59,938 nt of DNA. It comes from Syntrophaceae bacterium. Its GTDB lineage: Bacteria; Desulfobacterota; Syntrophia; Syntrophales; Smithellaceae. Location of the stretch: NCBI GenBank assembly GCA_003139775.1, contig PLGI01000116.1, positions 1 to 59,938 of the forward strand, in the 5' to 3' direction. Shown here piece by piece: positions 1 through 9,254 of the stretch. The translations under genes and the position numbers were made by a program. How positions within the stretch are numbered: the stretch's first letter is position 1; every line of letters begins with the position of its first letter. The notes beneath the pieces are model-generated. The model was given only the letters and a program-made list of their open reading frames with translations. It had not been told where the DNA came from and made no database searches.

Positions 1-204
1 GCCAGTTCTCTACTCTACTGAAGTCTTGCATTTTCGTTGAGGTTGTTAGCTTGCGGACTTCAAAAAGGCGTCAGTATCACACTCGACAATATTTTTATCA
101 ACTATCCCCTCCTTTTAATTCCATATTCACCTTGAAAAAGGGCAATCTCTTAGGCGTCACTAAGATTTGCCAGAGGTTGCGCGGAGCGGCAAATTTTTTG
201 AGTG

Positions 205-840
205 TTATCCGCAAATGCCGCTGATAGCGGTAACTGATTTTTCCGGAAGGAGGATGAAGCTGGGAGTAATCGTTACGCCAAATTTTCCCATTTGCAGCAT
301 ATCATAAATTGCTCTCTGATTTTCCAGATTAAAGTCGGCATAGCCGGCTGAAAAGCGTCGCGGCAAAAGAGTTTTTCCTTCGCGGCGAAGATGCTGATTT
401 AGATAATCCATAATCCAATCCAGGCCTGCGTCTGTCATTTCACTGGCCGTGGCGTCATAAACGACCGCGGCGGCTAAATCGTCCTGACGGGTTTTTTCTT
501 TAATTGCTTCCATGATGGCGCTGCCTGCCGTCGCGCCCATGAGGACGGTTTCCCGGCAATCGCGCAGTAAAGCGGACAACTTCTTACTTGCAAAGATCAA
601 ACCTCCGGCCAGAATTATTTTCTCGCCATCGTTATGCTTAATGGCCAGACGCAGGAACGATCCCTTAAGTGAAATAAGAAATGAAGCTTCATTGATAAAA
701 CGATCGGTTTCTTTTTGCTGTATTTCCGAAATTCGGGTTGTTCTTTTTTTAAAACCGAGACGCTGATATATTTTTTCGCAAGGAGGATCAATTGATATCT
801 TTTCCAGAAAAACGATAGATCCCATCTTTTCCTTCCCCAC
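205..840 (-). CDS. B12-dependent methionine synthase activation-domain-like protein
   Basis: 211-aa ORF. The C-terminal half (RRFSAGYADFNLENQRAIYDMLQ...GVTITPSFILLPEKSVTAISGI) resembles the SPGYGDW...P.KS..a..G signature of the MetH AdoMet-binding/activation domain. The start could be ATG at 825 rather than GTG at 840. Confidence 0.5.
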   Translation of the reverse strand: MGKEKMGSIVFLEKISIDPPCEKIYQRLGFKKRTTRISEIQQKETDRFINEASFLISLKGSFLRLAIKHNDGEKIILAGGLIFASKKLSALLRDCRETVLMGATAGSAIMEAIKEKTRQDDLAAAVVYDATASEMTDAGLDWIMDYLNQHLRREGKTLLPRRFSAGYADFNLENQRAIYDMLQMGKFGVTITPSFILLPEKSVTAISGICG

Positions 841-877
841 TAAAGCCGCTTACAACAGGTGTTTCATAAGACGTTCG

Positions 878-1972
878 TTAATTTAGAAGTTTACGTAGGT
901 TTTTGGCAACGGCATCGCCCATTTTTCCCGTGCCGATGAGTTTCTTGTCCTTCTGATGAATATCCTGCGTCCGGAAACCTTCTTTTAATGTTTGCGCAAC
1001 GGCTTTTTCGATCAAACCGGCCTCCTGCGGCATGGACAAAGAGTAGCGTAACATCAGAGCCACCGACAGAATTGTGGCCATTGGATTGGCAATATTTAAT
1101 CCGGCTATATCCGGGGCCGAACCATGAATAGGTTCATATAAGGCGGTTTTTTCCCCCAGACTGGCTGAAGGAAGCATGCCGATGGAACCGGTCAGCATGG
1201 CGGCCTCATCGCTTAATATATCTCCAAATAAATTGGTCGTGACAATCACGTCAAACTGCGCCGGATTGCGGATAAGCTGCATTGCACAGTTATCAACATA
1301 CATGTGTTTTAGGATAACGTCGGGATAATTCCGTCCGACTTCTGTTACCACATTCCGCCAGAGTTCTGTACTTTCAAGTACATTAGCTTTATCTACCGAA
1401 AGGAGATTTTTTTTACGCGTTTGGGCAATTTCAAAGGCGCGAACGGCAATTCTGCGAATTTCATCTTCAGAATAAACCATAGTGTTAACGCCTGTGCGTT
1501 TGCCGTCTTTTCCCTTTGTTATGCCGCGCGGTTTGCCGAAATAAACATCACCGGTCAATTCGCGGACAATCATGATGTCAATGCCCCGCACGACATTTTT
1601 CTTGAGCGGGGATGAGTCCAGAAGCTCGTCAAAGGCAACAACCGGCCGCAAATTGGCAAAAAGGCCTAATTTTTCCCGCAAGCCCAGAAGCGCTCTTTCC
1701 GGCCTCAAACTATAATCGAGCCCCTCCCATTTGGGGCCGCCCACAGCTCCCAGTAAGATAGCGTCGCTTTGCAGTGCAAGTTCCAGACTTGAATCCGGCA
1801 GGGGGACACCGAAATGATCGTAGGCGCTGCCGCCGACAAGCCCTTCAGTAAGTTGCAGAGTAATATTTTTCTTGTTGGCGATCAGCTTTAAAATCTTTAA
1901 AGCTTCTTTCATTATTTCCGGCCCGACGCCATCACCGGCAAATACGGCTATTTTAAAATTGTTTTGTTTCAT
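878..1972 (-). CDS. leuB: 3-isopropylmalate dehydrogenase
   Basis: 364 aa. N-terminal [14 protein letters not shown] and the [12 protein letters not shown] motif are typical of the isocitrate/isopropylmalate dehydrogenase family. It sits in a leu operon context. Confidence 0.93.
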   Translation of the reverse strand: MKQNNFKIAVFAGDGVGPEIMKEALKILKLIANKKNITLQLTEGLVGGSAYDHFGVPLPDSSLELALQSDAILLGAVGGPKWEGLDYSLRPERALLGLREKLGLFANLRPVVAFDELLDSSPLKKNVVRGIDIMIVRELTGDVYFGKPRGITKGKDGKRTGVNTMVYSEDEIRRIAVRAFEIAQTRKKNLLSVDKANVLESTELWRNVVTEVGRNYPDVILKHMYVDNCAMQLIRNPAQFDVIVTTNLFGDILSDEAAMLTGSIGMLPSASLGEKTALYEPIHGSAPDIAGLNIANPMATILSVALMLRYSLSMPQEAGLIEKAVAQTLKEGFRTQDIHQKDKKLIGTGKMGDAVAKNLRKLLN

Positions 1973-1979
1973 TCTTCCC

Positions 1980-2465
1980 TCATTTCCGAGAAATATGCTT
2001 CATCAAACCGCCATCGGCAATGAGTTTTTCCATGAAAGGCGGGATTGGATTAATCATGAATGTTTTATTTTCCTTAGTGACAGTGATGGTTCCCTTGGCG
2101 CTGTCCACAGTTATTTTTTCTCCTTCTCTAATTGCATCGCCAAGTTCTCTGGATTCGAAAATGGGCAGTCCCATATTGAAGGCGTTGCGATAAAAAATGC
2201 GGGCGAAACTTTTAGCCACAACGCAGGCAATTCCTGCCGCTTTAATGGCGATGGGCGCGTGTTCGCGCGAAGAGCCGCAGCCGAAATTTTCTCCTCCCAG
2301 AATAATATCACCGGGCTTCATCCGGACAACAAAATTTGGATCAGCATCTTCCATGCAGTGAGCGGCAAGCTCTCGCGAGTCTGATGTCGTTAAATAGCGC
2401 GCCGGAATGATCGCGTCGGTATCCACATTATCTCCAAATTTCCAAACTTTACCTTTAAATATCAT
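1980..2465 (-). CDS. leuD: 3-isopropylmalate dehydratase small subunit
   Basis: 161 aa, short (archaeal-type) LeuD with [17 protein letters not shown] and [14 protein letters not shown] motifs. It lies between leuC and leuB. Confidence 0.9.
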   Translation of the reverse strand: MIFKGKVWKFGDNVDTDAIIPARYLTTSDSRELAAHCMEDADPNFVVRMKPGDIILGGENFGCGSSREHAPIAIKAAGIACVVAKSFARIFYRNAFNMGLPIFESRELGDAIREGEKITVDSAKGTITVTKENKTFMINPIPPFMEKLIADGGLMKHISRK

Positions 2466-2482
2466 ATTAAGAAAGCCTTTCT

Positions 2483-2646
2483 AATGAAACTCCAATTTCG
2501 AAAGCGAAGCGCATCGAAATTGGTAAGTTGTAATGAGGCTTAAACTTCAAAAGCAACGCGCATTGAAGTTCTTTAGCCGAATTATCCAATCCCGATTAAT
2601 CGGGATTGGGAATTATCCCACGTGCGAAGCTAAGTGGGACTTGTAC
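2483..2646. repeat. Mosaic hairpin repeat patch (4 consecutive hairpins) in the leuD-leuC spacer
   Basis: Stems: ccaatttc/gaaattgg (2492-2522), aacttcaa/ttgaagtt (2543-2570), the 24-nt palindrome ccaatcccgattaatcgggattgg (2586-2609) and tcccac/gtggga (2626-2649). Loops contain GCGAAGC. Modules recur at 5650-5850, 6123-6290, 38011-38235, 44351-44403 and 57891-58050. Confidence 0.85.
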
Positions 2647-2652
2647 ATTTTG

Positions 2653-3912
2653 TTATAACTCCAACGGAGACGCAATTCTGCCTAATACAGCAGAAGCCGC
2701 TGCTACAGCAGGGCTGGCCAGATAGACTTCACTTTTGGGATGGCCCATGCGGCCGACAAAGTTACGGTTCGTTGTAGAGACAGCTCTTTCTCCTTCCGCC
2801 AGAATTCCCATGTGCCCGCCTAAACAGGCACCGCAGGAAGGCGGGCTGATTATGGCGTCGGCGTTCATGAAAATCTCAATCAATCCTTCCTTCAATGCTT
2901 GCTTGTAAATCGCCGGAGTTGCCGGAACAACAATCAACCTTACATGGGACGCGGCTTTACGTTTTTTCAGAATCTGTGCGGCAATTCTCAAATCTTCAAT
3001 CCGGCCGTTGGTACAGGAGCCGATGAGCGACTGGTCGATTTTTACCTTGCCTGCTTTGCTTATTGGTTTGACATTGGAAGGCAAATGAGGGAACGCCACC
3101 TGCGGCTCAATATCGCCGGCGTTGATTTCGATAATGTCGGAATAGACGGCATCGGCATCGGAGGTATAAAATTTATAATCGCGCTTCGCTCTTTTTTTGA
3201 CGTATTCTCTGGTAATCGCATCAGGAGCGAAAATGCCGTTTTTTGCGCCGGCTTCAATGGCCATGTTGGCCATGGAGAGTCTGTCGGCCATCGGCAATTT
3301 GCCGATTGTTTCTCCGGTAAATTCCATCGCCTTATATAGAGCTCCGTCAACACCAATGCGGCCTATGATATGCAAAATTAAATCCTTGCCGGAAACCCAT
3401 TTTTGCAGTTTGCCGTAAACAACGAATTTGATCGATTGCGGCACTTTGAACCAGAGCTCTCCGGTGAGCATGACGGCGGCAAGATCCGTGCTGCCCACGC
3501 CGGTGGCAAATGCGCCCAGTGCACCGTAAGTGCAGGTATGGCTGTCCGCGCCAATGACTAAATCTCCGGGCAGAACAATGCCCTGTTCCGGCAATAAAGC
3601 GTGCTCAATGCCCACTTGTCCGCCTTCGTAAAAATGAGTTACTTTCTGTTTCAGCGCAAATTCGCGCACAGCCTTGCATTGCTGGGCGGAATTAATATCT
3701 TTATTCGGCGTGAAATGGTCCAGAACTAAAGCAACTTTGTTTTTGTCAAAAACTTTTTTCCCGCCCGCCTTTTGGAATTCATTAATCGCTATAGGCGCGG
3801 TGACATCGTTGCCCAAAGCGATATCCACTCTGGCGTTGATCAACTGACCGGCAGAGATTTTTTTCAGGGCGGTGTGTGCCATTAAAATTTTTTCCGTAAT
3901 AGTGTTGCCCAC
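2653..3912 (-). CDS. leuC: 3-isopropylmalate dehydratase large subunit
   Basis: Aconitase-family motifs ([21 protein letters not shown]). I shortened the 445-aa track ORF to the GTG at 3912 ([13 protein letters not shown]...), which has AAGGAG 7 nt upstream (complement of 3920-3925). This gives about 419 aa. Confidence 0.9.
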   Translation of the reverse strand: MGNTITEKILMAHTALKKISAGQLINARVDIALGNDVTAPIAINEFQKAGGKKVFDKNKVALVLDHFTPNKDINSAQQCKAVREFALKQKVTHFYEGGQVGIEHALLPEQGIVLPGDLVIGADSHTCTYGALGAFATGVGSTDLAAVMLTGELWFKVPQSIKFVVYGKLQKWVSGKDLILHIIGRIGVDGALYKAMEFTGETIGKLPMADRLSMANMAIEAGAKNGIFAPDAITREYVKKRAKRDYKFYTSDADAVYSDIIEINAGDIEPQVAFPHLPSNVKPISKAGKVKIDQSLIGSCTNGRIEDLRIAAQILKKRKAASHVRLIVVPATPAIYKQALKEGLIEIFMNADAIISPPSCGACLGGHMGILAEGERAVSTTNRNFVGRMGHPKSEVYLASPAVAAASAVLGRIASPLEL

Positions 3913-4087
3913 GATTATGCTCCTTTTTGAAAGTAATACCAATTTGCTTTCTTTGGCTAACTTTGTTGGCAGCGTCGTCGGCTTCCTCAACGTATTAATA
4001 ATACGCCTGCGGAGCCTCCTCCTTGCCGCCGCGTTATCCTTTGAAAGCGAAATGGTATTAGAATTTTCCTTATACTGTTTTTAATGT

Positions 4088-5632
4088 TTATTCAACTTTA
4101 ACCTTTTTGACGCTGTCTTTTAAAAACTCCAGGCGATTCAGCGCGTTGATATAGGCTTTCGCGGAAGCAACAATAACATCAGGATGCGCGCCGCGGCCCA
4201 CAACCGAATGATTGTTATATTTGAGCTGAACAGCAACCTCGCCTTGCGCGTCACTGCCGCCGGTTATAGCATTGACGACATATTTCATTAACGGATAATT
4301 GGTTTTGGTGATGTTACGAATCGCCGCGAAAGTCGCGTCCACCGGGCCGTTGCCAAATCCAGCTTCCCGCACAACGTCTTTACCTACCTGAATTTCCATG
4401 GTCGCCGTGGGAATGGCCACATTGCCGCTGACCACATTCAGATAAACCAGATTGTATTTATCCTCTCCCCGGTAAATTTCTTCAGAAATAATCGCTTCCA
4501 GATCTTCATCATAAATATCTTTCTTGACATCGGCCAGTTCTTTGACTCTTGCCGCGACCTTGTTGATTTGCTCATCGCTCAGCGTATAACCCATTTTTTT
4601 CATATGGTGCGAAATGGCGTTACGGCCAGAGTGCTTACCCAGCACGATATGCGTATCGTTGATGCCGACGGATTGCGGCGTCATAATTTCATATGTGATT
4701 TTTTCCTTAATCAAACCATCCTGATGAATGCCGGATTCATGCGCGAAAGCGTTTGCTCCCACGATGGCTTTATTCGGCTGCACCGATATGCCGGTAATCT
4801 GTGTCAACAGACGCGATGTCTTGTAAATCTGGTCGGTATTGATTTTTGTATACAGACCATAAAGGTCTTTGCGCGTTTGCAGGGCCATGACGATTTCTTC
4901 CATTGCCGTGTTACCCGCTCGCTCACCGATACCGTTGATCGTGCATTCCACCTGGCGTGCCCCATGTCTTATCCCGGCCAATGAATTGGCTACAGCTAAA
5001 CCTAAATCATTATGACAATGAGTGGCTATAATAGTGTTACCCATGTTTTTGACGTTAGCGAACAGATAGGCGATAAGTTTACCGAATTCTTCGGGAATGG
5101 TGTAGCCGACCGTATCGGGGATATTGACGGTACAGGCTCCGGCGTCGATAACCGCCGATACAATTTCCACCAGATATTCTTTATCCGAGCGTGTGGCGTC
5201 CATCGGCGAGAATTCGACGTTTTCCGTGTAAGAGCGAGCCAGCTTGACGGCGGCGATAGCTTCTTTGAGCACTTGCTCCCGGCTCTTTTTGAGCTGATAC
5301 TTCAAATGAATATCCGACGAAGAGATAAAAGTATGAATGCGAGGATGAGCAGCGCCTTTTATCGCCTGCCAGGCACGATCAATATCAACTTTGTTGGCGC
5401 GGGCCAGACCAGCTACCTGAGATTTCTTAATCTCCCTGGCGATTTGGCGCACCGCGTCAAAATCTCCCTCGGAAGCGATGGGAAATCCCGCCTCGATTAT
5501 ATCAACGCCTAGTTTTTCGAGCTGCCGGGCGAGAATCAATTTTTCTTCCGTGTTCATGCTGCAGCCTGGTGATTGCTCGCCATCTCTTAATGTTGTATCG
5601 AAAATATAAACGCGATTTTTATCCTTTTTCAT
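4088..5632 (-). CDS. leuA: 2-isopropylmalate synthase
   Basis: 514 aa. N-terminal IFDTTLRDGEQSPG, HCHNDLGLAVANSLA and a C-terminal LeuA dimerisation/regulatory domain. AAGGAG lies upstream of the ATG. Confidence 0.93.
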   Translation of the reverse strand: MKKDKNRVYIFDTTLRDGEQSPGCSMNTEEKLILARQLEKLGVDIIEAGFPIASEGDFDAVRQIAREIKKSQVAGLARANKVDIDRAWQAIKGAAHPRIHTFISSSDIHLKYQLKKSREQVLKEAIAAVKLARSYTENVEFSPMDATRSDKEYLVEIVSAVIDAGACTVNIPDTVGYTIPEEFGKLIAYLFANVKNMGNTIIATHCHNDLGLAVANSLAGIRHGARQVECTINGIGERAGNTAMEEIVMALQTRKDLYGLYTKINTDQIYKTSRLLTQITGISVQPNKAIVGANAFAHESGIHQDGLIKEKITYEIMTPQSVGINDTHIVLGKHSGRNAISHHMKKMGYTLSDEQINKVAARVKELADVKKDIYDEDLEAIISEEIYRGEDKYNLVYLNVVSGNVAIPTATMEIQVGKDVVREAGFGNGPVDATFAAIRNITKTNYPLMKYVVNAITGGSDAQGEVAVQLKYNNHSVVGRGAHPDVIVASAKAYINALNRLEFLKDSVKKVKVE

Positions 5633-5649
5633 GATGTATAATCTCCTTT

Positions 5650-5850
5650 CAATGAGACTCTACTATTACAAGCGGTATTTCACGGACCCCCGCATACGCG
5701 AGGTTGTTCGGCTTATCAATTCTGCGGCACTCCGCTTCTCGAAGCTGCATCTCTTTACAATACACCCCCACTTGCTTCGCACGTGGGATAATTCAACTTA
5801 CAGATATTACTTCACTGCGCTCGTAATATCTGAGTTTCATTAAATTGGAG
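5650..5850. repeat. Mosaic hairpin repeat patch (inverted orientation) in the leuA 5' leader
   Basis: Read on the minus strand, 5788-5842 is aatgaaact-CAGATATTAC-gagcgcagtgaa-GTAATATCTG-taagttgaattatccc, the same module as 44351-44403. 5768-5790 is the cccac..GCGAAGC..gtggg hairpin also seen at 2626-2649. Confidence 0.8.
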
Positions 5851-5856
5851 CCTCAC

Positions 5857-5893
5857 AAAAAAAGGCCGTGGGTTTTTTCGCCCACGGCCTTTT
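5857..5893 (-). terminator. Rho-independent terminator/attenuator hairpin upstream of leuA
   Basis: ggccgtggg (5864-5872) pairs with cccacggcc (5881-5889) across an 8-nt loop. A 7-A run at 5857-5863 gives a U-tract on the minus-strand transcript, and there is a shorter T-run on the plus side. Confidence 0.7.
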
Positions 5894-5916
5894 AGGTAAT
5901 CAGTTATTTTTATATG

Positions 5917-6036
5917 CTAGCGATGACCTAAAAACGATGGGCAGGTGGCCTCAAGTAAAAGGCGCAACAGGGCGAAGCCCAGAAGCATGGGCAGAGTGTT
6001 GATTGCTAAATTCTTATTTTTCGCTATGTCCGACAT
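5917..6036 (-). CDS. Candidate Leu-rich leader peptide (39 aa) of the leu operon
   Basis: Hand translation: MSDIAKNKNLAINTLPMLLGFALLRLLLEATCPSFLGHR*. It has 10 Leu of 39 and the run LLRLLL. It lies between a sigma70-like promoter and the terminator at 5857-5893. No good SD is present, so translation is uncertain. Confidence 0.3.
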   Translation of the reverse strand: MSDIAKNKNLAINTLPMLLGFALLRLLLEATCPSFLGHR

Positions 6037-6071
6037 CGTTTTTATATAGCCTTCACTTAATAAGTGATGAC

Positions 6072-6100
6072 ATCCTAGTGTAAAAATTAATTATTGTCAA
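6072..6100 (-). promoter_or_regulatory. Sigma70-like promoter for the leu leader/operon
   Basis: On the minus strand: TTGACA (6100-6095), a 17-nt spacer, then TAGGAT (6077-6072). Confidence 0.5.
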
Positions 6101-6122
6101 AATATTTTTTCGATTTGGCAAT

Positions 6123-6290
6123 TGTAATGAAACTCAAGTTTCAGGAACATAGTGAACTAAAACTTGTAAGTTGAATTAGTGAGACCCAATTTTCAGAAGC
6201 GAAGCGACCTGAAACTTGTTGGACGAACTATCCAGTATGCGAAGCATACAGTGGTATCCCGATAGCGCAGCGTATCGGGATTGACCGGTA
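6123..6290. repeat. Mosaic hairpin repeat patch between the leu promoter and the tRNA cluster
   Basis: The patch contains aatgaaact-caagtttcag...ctaaaacttg-taagttgaatta (6126-6178). It also has gagacccaattttcagaagcGAAGCgacctgaaa (6181-6215), tatGCGAAGCata, and atcccgat..atcggga. It is homologous to 35783-35880 and 46016-46100. Confidence 0.85.
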
Positions 6291-6494
6291 TACCCCTTGA
6301 AAAGAGATGATGAACAATGATTTAGAACCACTTAACAGGGCAAATAATCGGAACGCTTATGCTCTCGGTGAATTTGCCATTAGGCCATAACAAAAAAATA
6401 TCTTCCATAATTGAAGTGTGGGGAAAAAGCTTTCGTGTATTCATGCGGTCAGTTAAGATTTCAAGCCTATCTATAAGATTTTTAAAAAATTTAC

Positions 6495-6523
6495 TTGACA
6501 AAAACAATCATAAAAATTAGATT
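6495..6523 (+). promoter_or_regulatory. Sigma70-like promoter for the tRNA-rpmG-secE-nusG cluster
   Basis: TTGACA (6495-6500), a 17-nt spacer, TAGATT (6518-6523), with an A/T-rich UP-like tract upstream. Confidence 0.55.
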
Positions 6524-6611
6524 CCACAATTCGCATTAGTAGGCGTTTTTGTTTTTTTGCGCTCAAGATTGCGTAAATGCTGAATATTAAAAGATGATTA
6601 GAGCGAGATTT

Positions 6612-6687
6612 GCTGGTGTAGCTCAATCGGTAGAGCAGCTGATTTGTAATCAGCAGGTTGCGGGTTCAAGTCCCATCACCAGCTCCA
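6612..6687 (+). tRNA. tRNA-Thr (anticodon TGT)
   Basis: Cloverleaf read by hand: acceptor gctggtg/caccagc, anticodon arm gctga-ttTGTaa-tcagc, T-arm gggttcaagtccc, encoded CCA. Confidence 0.9.
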
Positions 6688-6706
6688 GTTTAATTATATG
6701 TAAGCT

Positions 6707-6791
<85 letters not shown>

Positions 6792-6813
6792 GGGATTTTT
6801 GAAGTTTAAATAG

Positions 6814-6889
6814 GCGGGAGTAGCTCAGGGGCTAGAGCGTCAGCCTTCCAAGCTGAGGGTCGCGGGTTCGAATCCCGTTTCCCGCTCCA
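6814..6889 (+). tRNA. tRNA-Gly (anticodon TCC)
   Basis: Acceptor gcgggag/ttcccgc, anticodon arm tcagc-ctTCCaa-gctga, T-arm cgggttcgaatcccg, encoded CCA. Confidence 0.9.
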
Positions 6890-6934
6890 AGTATTTTTGA
6901 ATAGGGACAAAAAAGAAACATATTAAAAGATTGT

Positions 6935-7010
6935 GCCCACGTAGCTCAGTTGGTAGAGCACATCCTTGGTAAGGATGAGGTCACCAGTTCAATCCTGGTC
7001 GTGGGCTCCA
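6935..7010 (+). tRNA. tRNA-Thr (anticodon GGT)
   Basis: Acceptor gcccacg/cgtgggc, anticodon arm catcc-ttGGTaa-ggatg, T-arm ccagttcaatcctgg, encoded CCA. Confidence 0.9.
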
Positions 7011-7023
7011 GTTAAGGGGTGTT

Positions 7024-7173
7024 ATGCGGAATAATATTATTTTGGCTTGTACGGAGTGCAAGCAGAGAAATTATACAACGACAAAAAACAAACGGACCAT
7101 GCAAAACCGCTTGGAAATGAAAAAATACTGCAAGTTTTGCCGGGGGCATAAACTGCACAGGGAAACCAAGTAG
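7024..7173 (+). CDS. rpmG: 50S ribosomal protein L33 (zinc-ribbon C+ form)
   Basis: Below the ORF-track cutoff, so translated by hand: [49 protein letters not shown] (49 aa). It has CxxC...CxxC and the canonical position before tRNA-Trp/secE. Confidence 0.9.
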   Translation: MRNNIILACTECKQRNYTTTKNKRTMQNRLEMKKYCKFCRGHKLHRETK

Positions 7174-7186
7174 TTAATATTGGTAT

Positions 7187-7263
7187 AGGCCAGTAGCTCT
7201 AATGGATAGAGCGCCGGACTCCAAATCCGGATGCTGGGGGTTCAAGTCCCTCCTGGCCTGCCA
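7187..7263 (+). tRNA. tRNA-Trp (anticodon CCA)
   Basis: Acceptor aggccag/ctggcct, anticodon arm ccgga-ctCCAaa-tccgg, T-arm gggggttcaagtccctc, encoded CCA. Confidence 0.88.
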
Positions 7264-7291
7264 TTTTTTCCGTTATTAAGGATTTTAAAGT

Positions 7292-7495
7292 ATGGAAAAA
7301 GTAAAAGAAGTAATGCAAAAGATAATCCAGTTTATCAAAGAAGCTAAGATAGAACTGAAGAAAGTTACTTGGCCGACTCCGAAGCAGACGTTAGCTTCGA
7401 CGGCGGTTGTAATAATTATAGTTTTTATAGTAGCAATTTACTTGGGCTTAGTTGATTATGTCCTCGCTAAATTGGTCAAATTTATATTAGGTTAG
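7292..7495 (+). CDS. secE: Preprotein translocase subunit SecE
   Basis: 67 aa with a single C-terminal TM helix, the KVTWPT motif, and a position immediately before nusG. Confidence 0.85.
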   Translation: MEKVKEVMQKIIQFIKEAKIELKKVTWPTPKQTLASTAVVIIIVFIVAIYLGLVDYVLAKLVKFILG

Positions 7496-7499
7496 CAAA

Positions 7500-8030
7500 A
7501 TGGCTTTTAAATGGTACGTTGTTCATACCTATTCCGGGTATGAGAACAAAGTAAAAATGAGTCTTCAGGAAAGAATTGAGATAACAGGCTCTCAGGCTTA
7601 TTTTTCTGACATTCTTATTCCTGAGGAAGATGTTGTGGAATTGATTTCAGGGGAAAAGAAAAATTCCAAACGTAAGTTTTTCCCCGGATATATTCTTGTC
7701 CGAATGGAAATGAATGACGATGCCTGGCATATTGTAAAAGACACTCCTAAAGTTACCGGTTTCATTGGCACTAAAGACAAACCTTCGCCCATACCGGATA
7801 AAGATGTGGAAAATTTAAAGTTCAGAATTGATGAAGGAACTTTAAAGCCCAAGCCTAAGTTCAAATTCGATGTTGGCGATCATGTAAAAATTATCGATGG
7901 CCCGTTTACCAATTTTGATGGAGTTATTGACGAATTAAAACCGGAAAAAAGTAAATTGAGAGTTATAGTAAGTATTTTTGGCCGACCGACACCGGTGGAG
8001 TTAGATTTTATTCAGGTAACGCAGGGTTAA
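7500..8030 (+). CDS. nusG: Transcription termination/antitermination factor NusG
   Basis: 176 aa. N-terminal WYVVHTYSGYENKV (NGN domain) and a C-terminal KOW (GDHVKIIDGPFTNFDGVI). Confidence 0.93.
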   Translation: MAFKWYVVHTYSGYENKVKMSLQERIEITGSQAYFSDILIPEEDVVELISGEKKNSKRKFFPGYILVRMEMNDDAWHIVKDTPKVTGFIGTKDKPSPIPDKDVENLKFRIDEGTLKPKPKFKFDVGDHVKIIDGPFTNFDGVIDELKPEKSKLRVIVSIFGRPTPVELDFIQVTQG

Positions 8031-8086
8031 GGTATTAAGAGGCAGACTAGCGAAGTTTTAAAAATATTTAGATCAGGGTGATCAAC

Positions 8087-8512
8087 ATGGCAAAAAAAAT
8101 TATTGCGAGCATAAAATTGCAAATAAAGGCGGGCAAGGCGACGCCTTCACCTCCTATCGGTCCGGCATTGGGACAGCACGGCGTCAATATTATGGAATTT
8201 TGCAAAGCGTATAATGCTATGACGCAAAGTCAGGAAGGAATGATTATTCCTGTCGTGATTACCGTCTATGCTGACAGGTCGTTTACATTTATAACCAAAA
8301 CACCTCCGGTATCTGTGCTGCTTAAGCAAGCGGCCAAAATTGCTAAAGGAGCCAGCGATCCGAAAAGGGAAAAAGTTGGAATAGTTACGGCCGGGCAAGT
8401 GAAAGAAATTGCCGAATTAAAGTTTAAAGATTTAAATGCCGTGAATATTGAAGGCGCTATAAAGACAATCGCCGGTACGGCAAGGTCAATGGGAATTGAA
8501 ATTACAGGTTAA
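8087..8512 (+). CDS. rplK: 50S ribosomal protein L11
   Basis: [39 protein letters not shown] prefer the ATG at 8087 to the track's GTG at 8078. Confidence 0.93.
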   Translation: MAKKIIASIKLQIKAGKATPSPPIGPALGQHGVNIMEFCKAYNAMTQSQEGMIIPVVITVYADRSFTFITKTPPVSVLLKQAAKIAKGASDPKREKVGIVTAGQVKEIAELKFKDLNAVNIEGAIKTIAGTARSMGIEITG

Positions 8513-8532
8513 TAAATACACGAGGTTTTATC

Positions 8533-9234
8533 ATGTTAAGAAGAGGCAAACGTATGTTGGCGGCAAAAGCGAAAGTTGAACCAAACAAAAGATATTCGCT
8601 TAAAGAGGCTACGGAAATTGTTGTATCGACGGCTGGCACCAAATTTGATGAAACTGTGGATGCTGCCATTCGTTTAGGCGTTAACCCTGCTCATGCCGAT
8701 CAAATGGTCCGGGGCAGCGTGGTTTTACCCAATGGTTTGGGCAAAACGGTGCGTATTTTAGTATTCGCCAAAGGGGAAAAAGAAAAAGAAGCTCTGGACG
8801 CCGGTGCGGATTTAGTCGGCAATGATGAAGTCATTGAAAAAATTAAAGGCGGCTGGATGGAGTTTGATCGTGTTATTGCCACGCCGGATATGATGGGTGC
8901 CGTGGGAAAGATTGGTAAGATTTTAGGTCCACGCGGTTTAATGCCCAATCCCAAGGTAGGAACAGTTACTTTTGAAATTGCCAAAGCAGTGAATGAACTT
9001 AAAGCGGGTAAAGTTGAATTCCGCGTGGAAAAAGCGGGAATCGTGCACTCTCCCGTGGGGAAAGTGTCCTTTGGCGCTGAAAAATTAAGTGAAAATGTTA
9101 GCGCTTTGTTGGAAACAATTATTAAGTTAAAACCGGCATCCAGTAAGGGAATTTATATTAAAAGTATTTCTATTTCCAGCACAATGGGTGTAGGTGTGAG
9201 AATTGATCCTCTAGAGATTAAAGCTGCTCAATAG
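8533..9234 (+). CDS. rplA: 50S ribosomal protein L1
   Basis: 233 aa. It has the L1 signature region ([11 protein letters not shown]...[13 protein letters not shown]) and the expected synteny. Confidence 0.93.
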   Translation: MLRRGKRMLAAKAKVEPNKRYSLKEATEIVVSTAGTKFDETVDAAIRLGVNPAHADQMVRGSVVLPNGLGKTVRILVFAKGEKEKEALDAGADLVGNDEVIEKIKGGWMEFDRVIATPDMMGAVGKIGKILGPRGLMPNPKVGTVTFEIAKAVNELKAGKVEFRVEKAGIVHSPVGKVSFGAEKLSENVSALLETIIKLKPASSKGIYIKSISISSTMGVGVRIDPLEIKAAQ

Positions 9235-9254
9235 AAAAATATTGAGCGTTTGAT

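Noticed and set aside
1-204. Possible gene fragment or terminator at the extreme 5' end
   Set aside because: Only very short open frames run off the edge. A weak atttgcc/ggcaaat hairpin has no U-tract. Nothing here is supportable.
3913-3990. N-terminal extensions in the track for leuC (445 aa), rpmC (89 aa), rplX, rplE, rplF, rplV, rplK, rpoA, pstS, pstB, phoR, the 150-aa ORF at 35741, the 428-aa ACAD, the hydrolase and TetR
   Set aside because: In each case an internal start with a proper SD reproduces the conserved family N-terminus. The extension overlaps the upstream gene or a repeat patch.
5631-5843. Track ORFs made largely of repeat sequence: 5631-5843, 37918-38238, 37803-38063, 45941-46267, 46834-47016, 47992-48183, 57932-58198
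   Set aside because: Each lies in an intergenic repeat patch and lacks an SD. The 'proteins' differ wherever the same repeat occurs in another frame or orientation. They are best explained as by-products of the hairpin repeats.
6322-6507. 61-aa minus-strand ORF upstream of the tRNA cluster
   Set aside because: It has no SD and overlaps the predicted tRNA-cluster promoter. It is AT-rich with no recognisable features.
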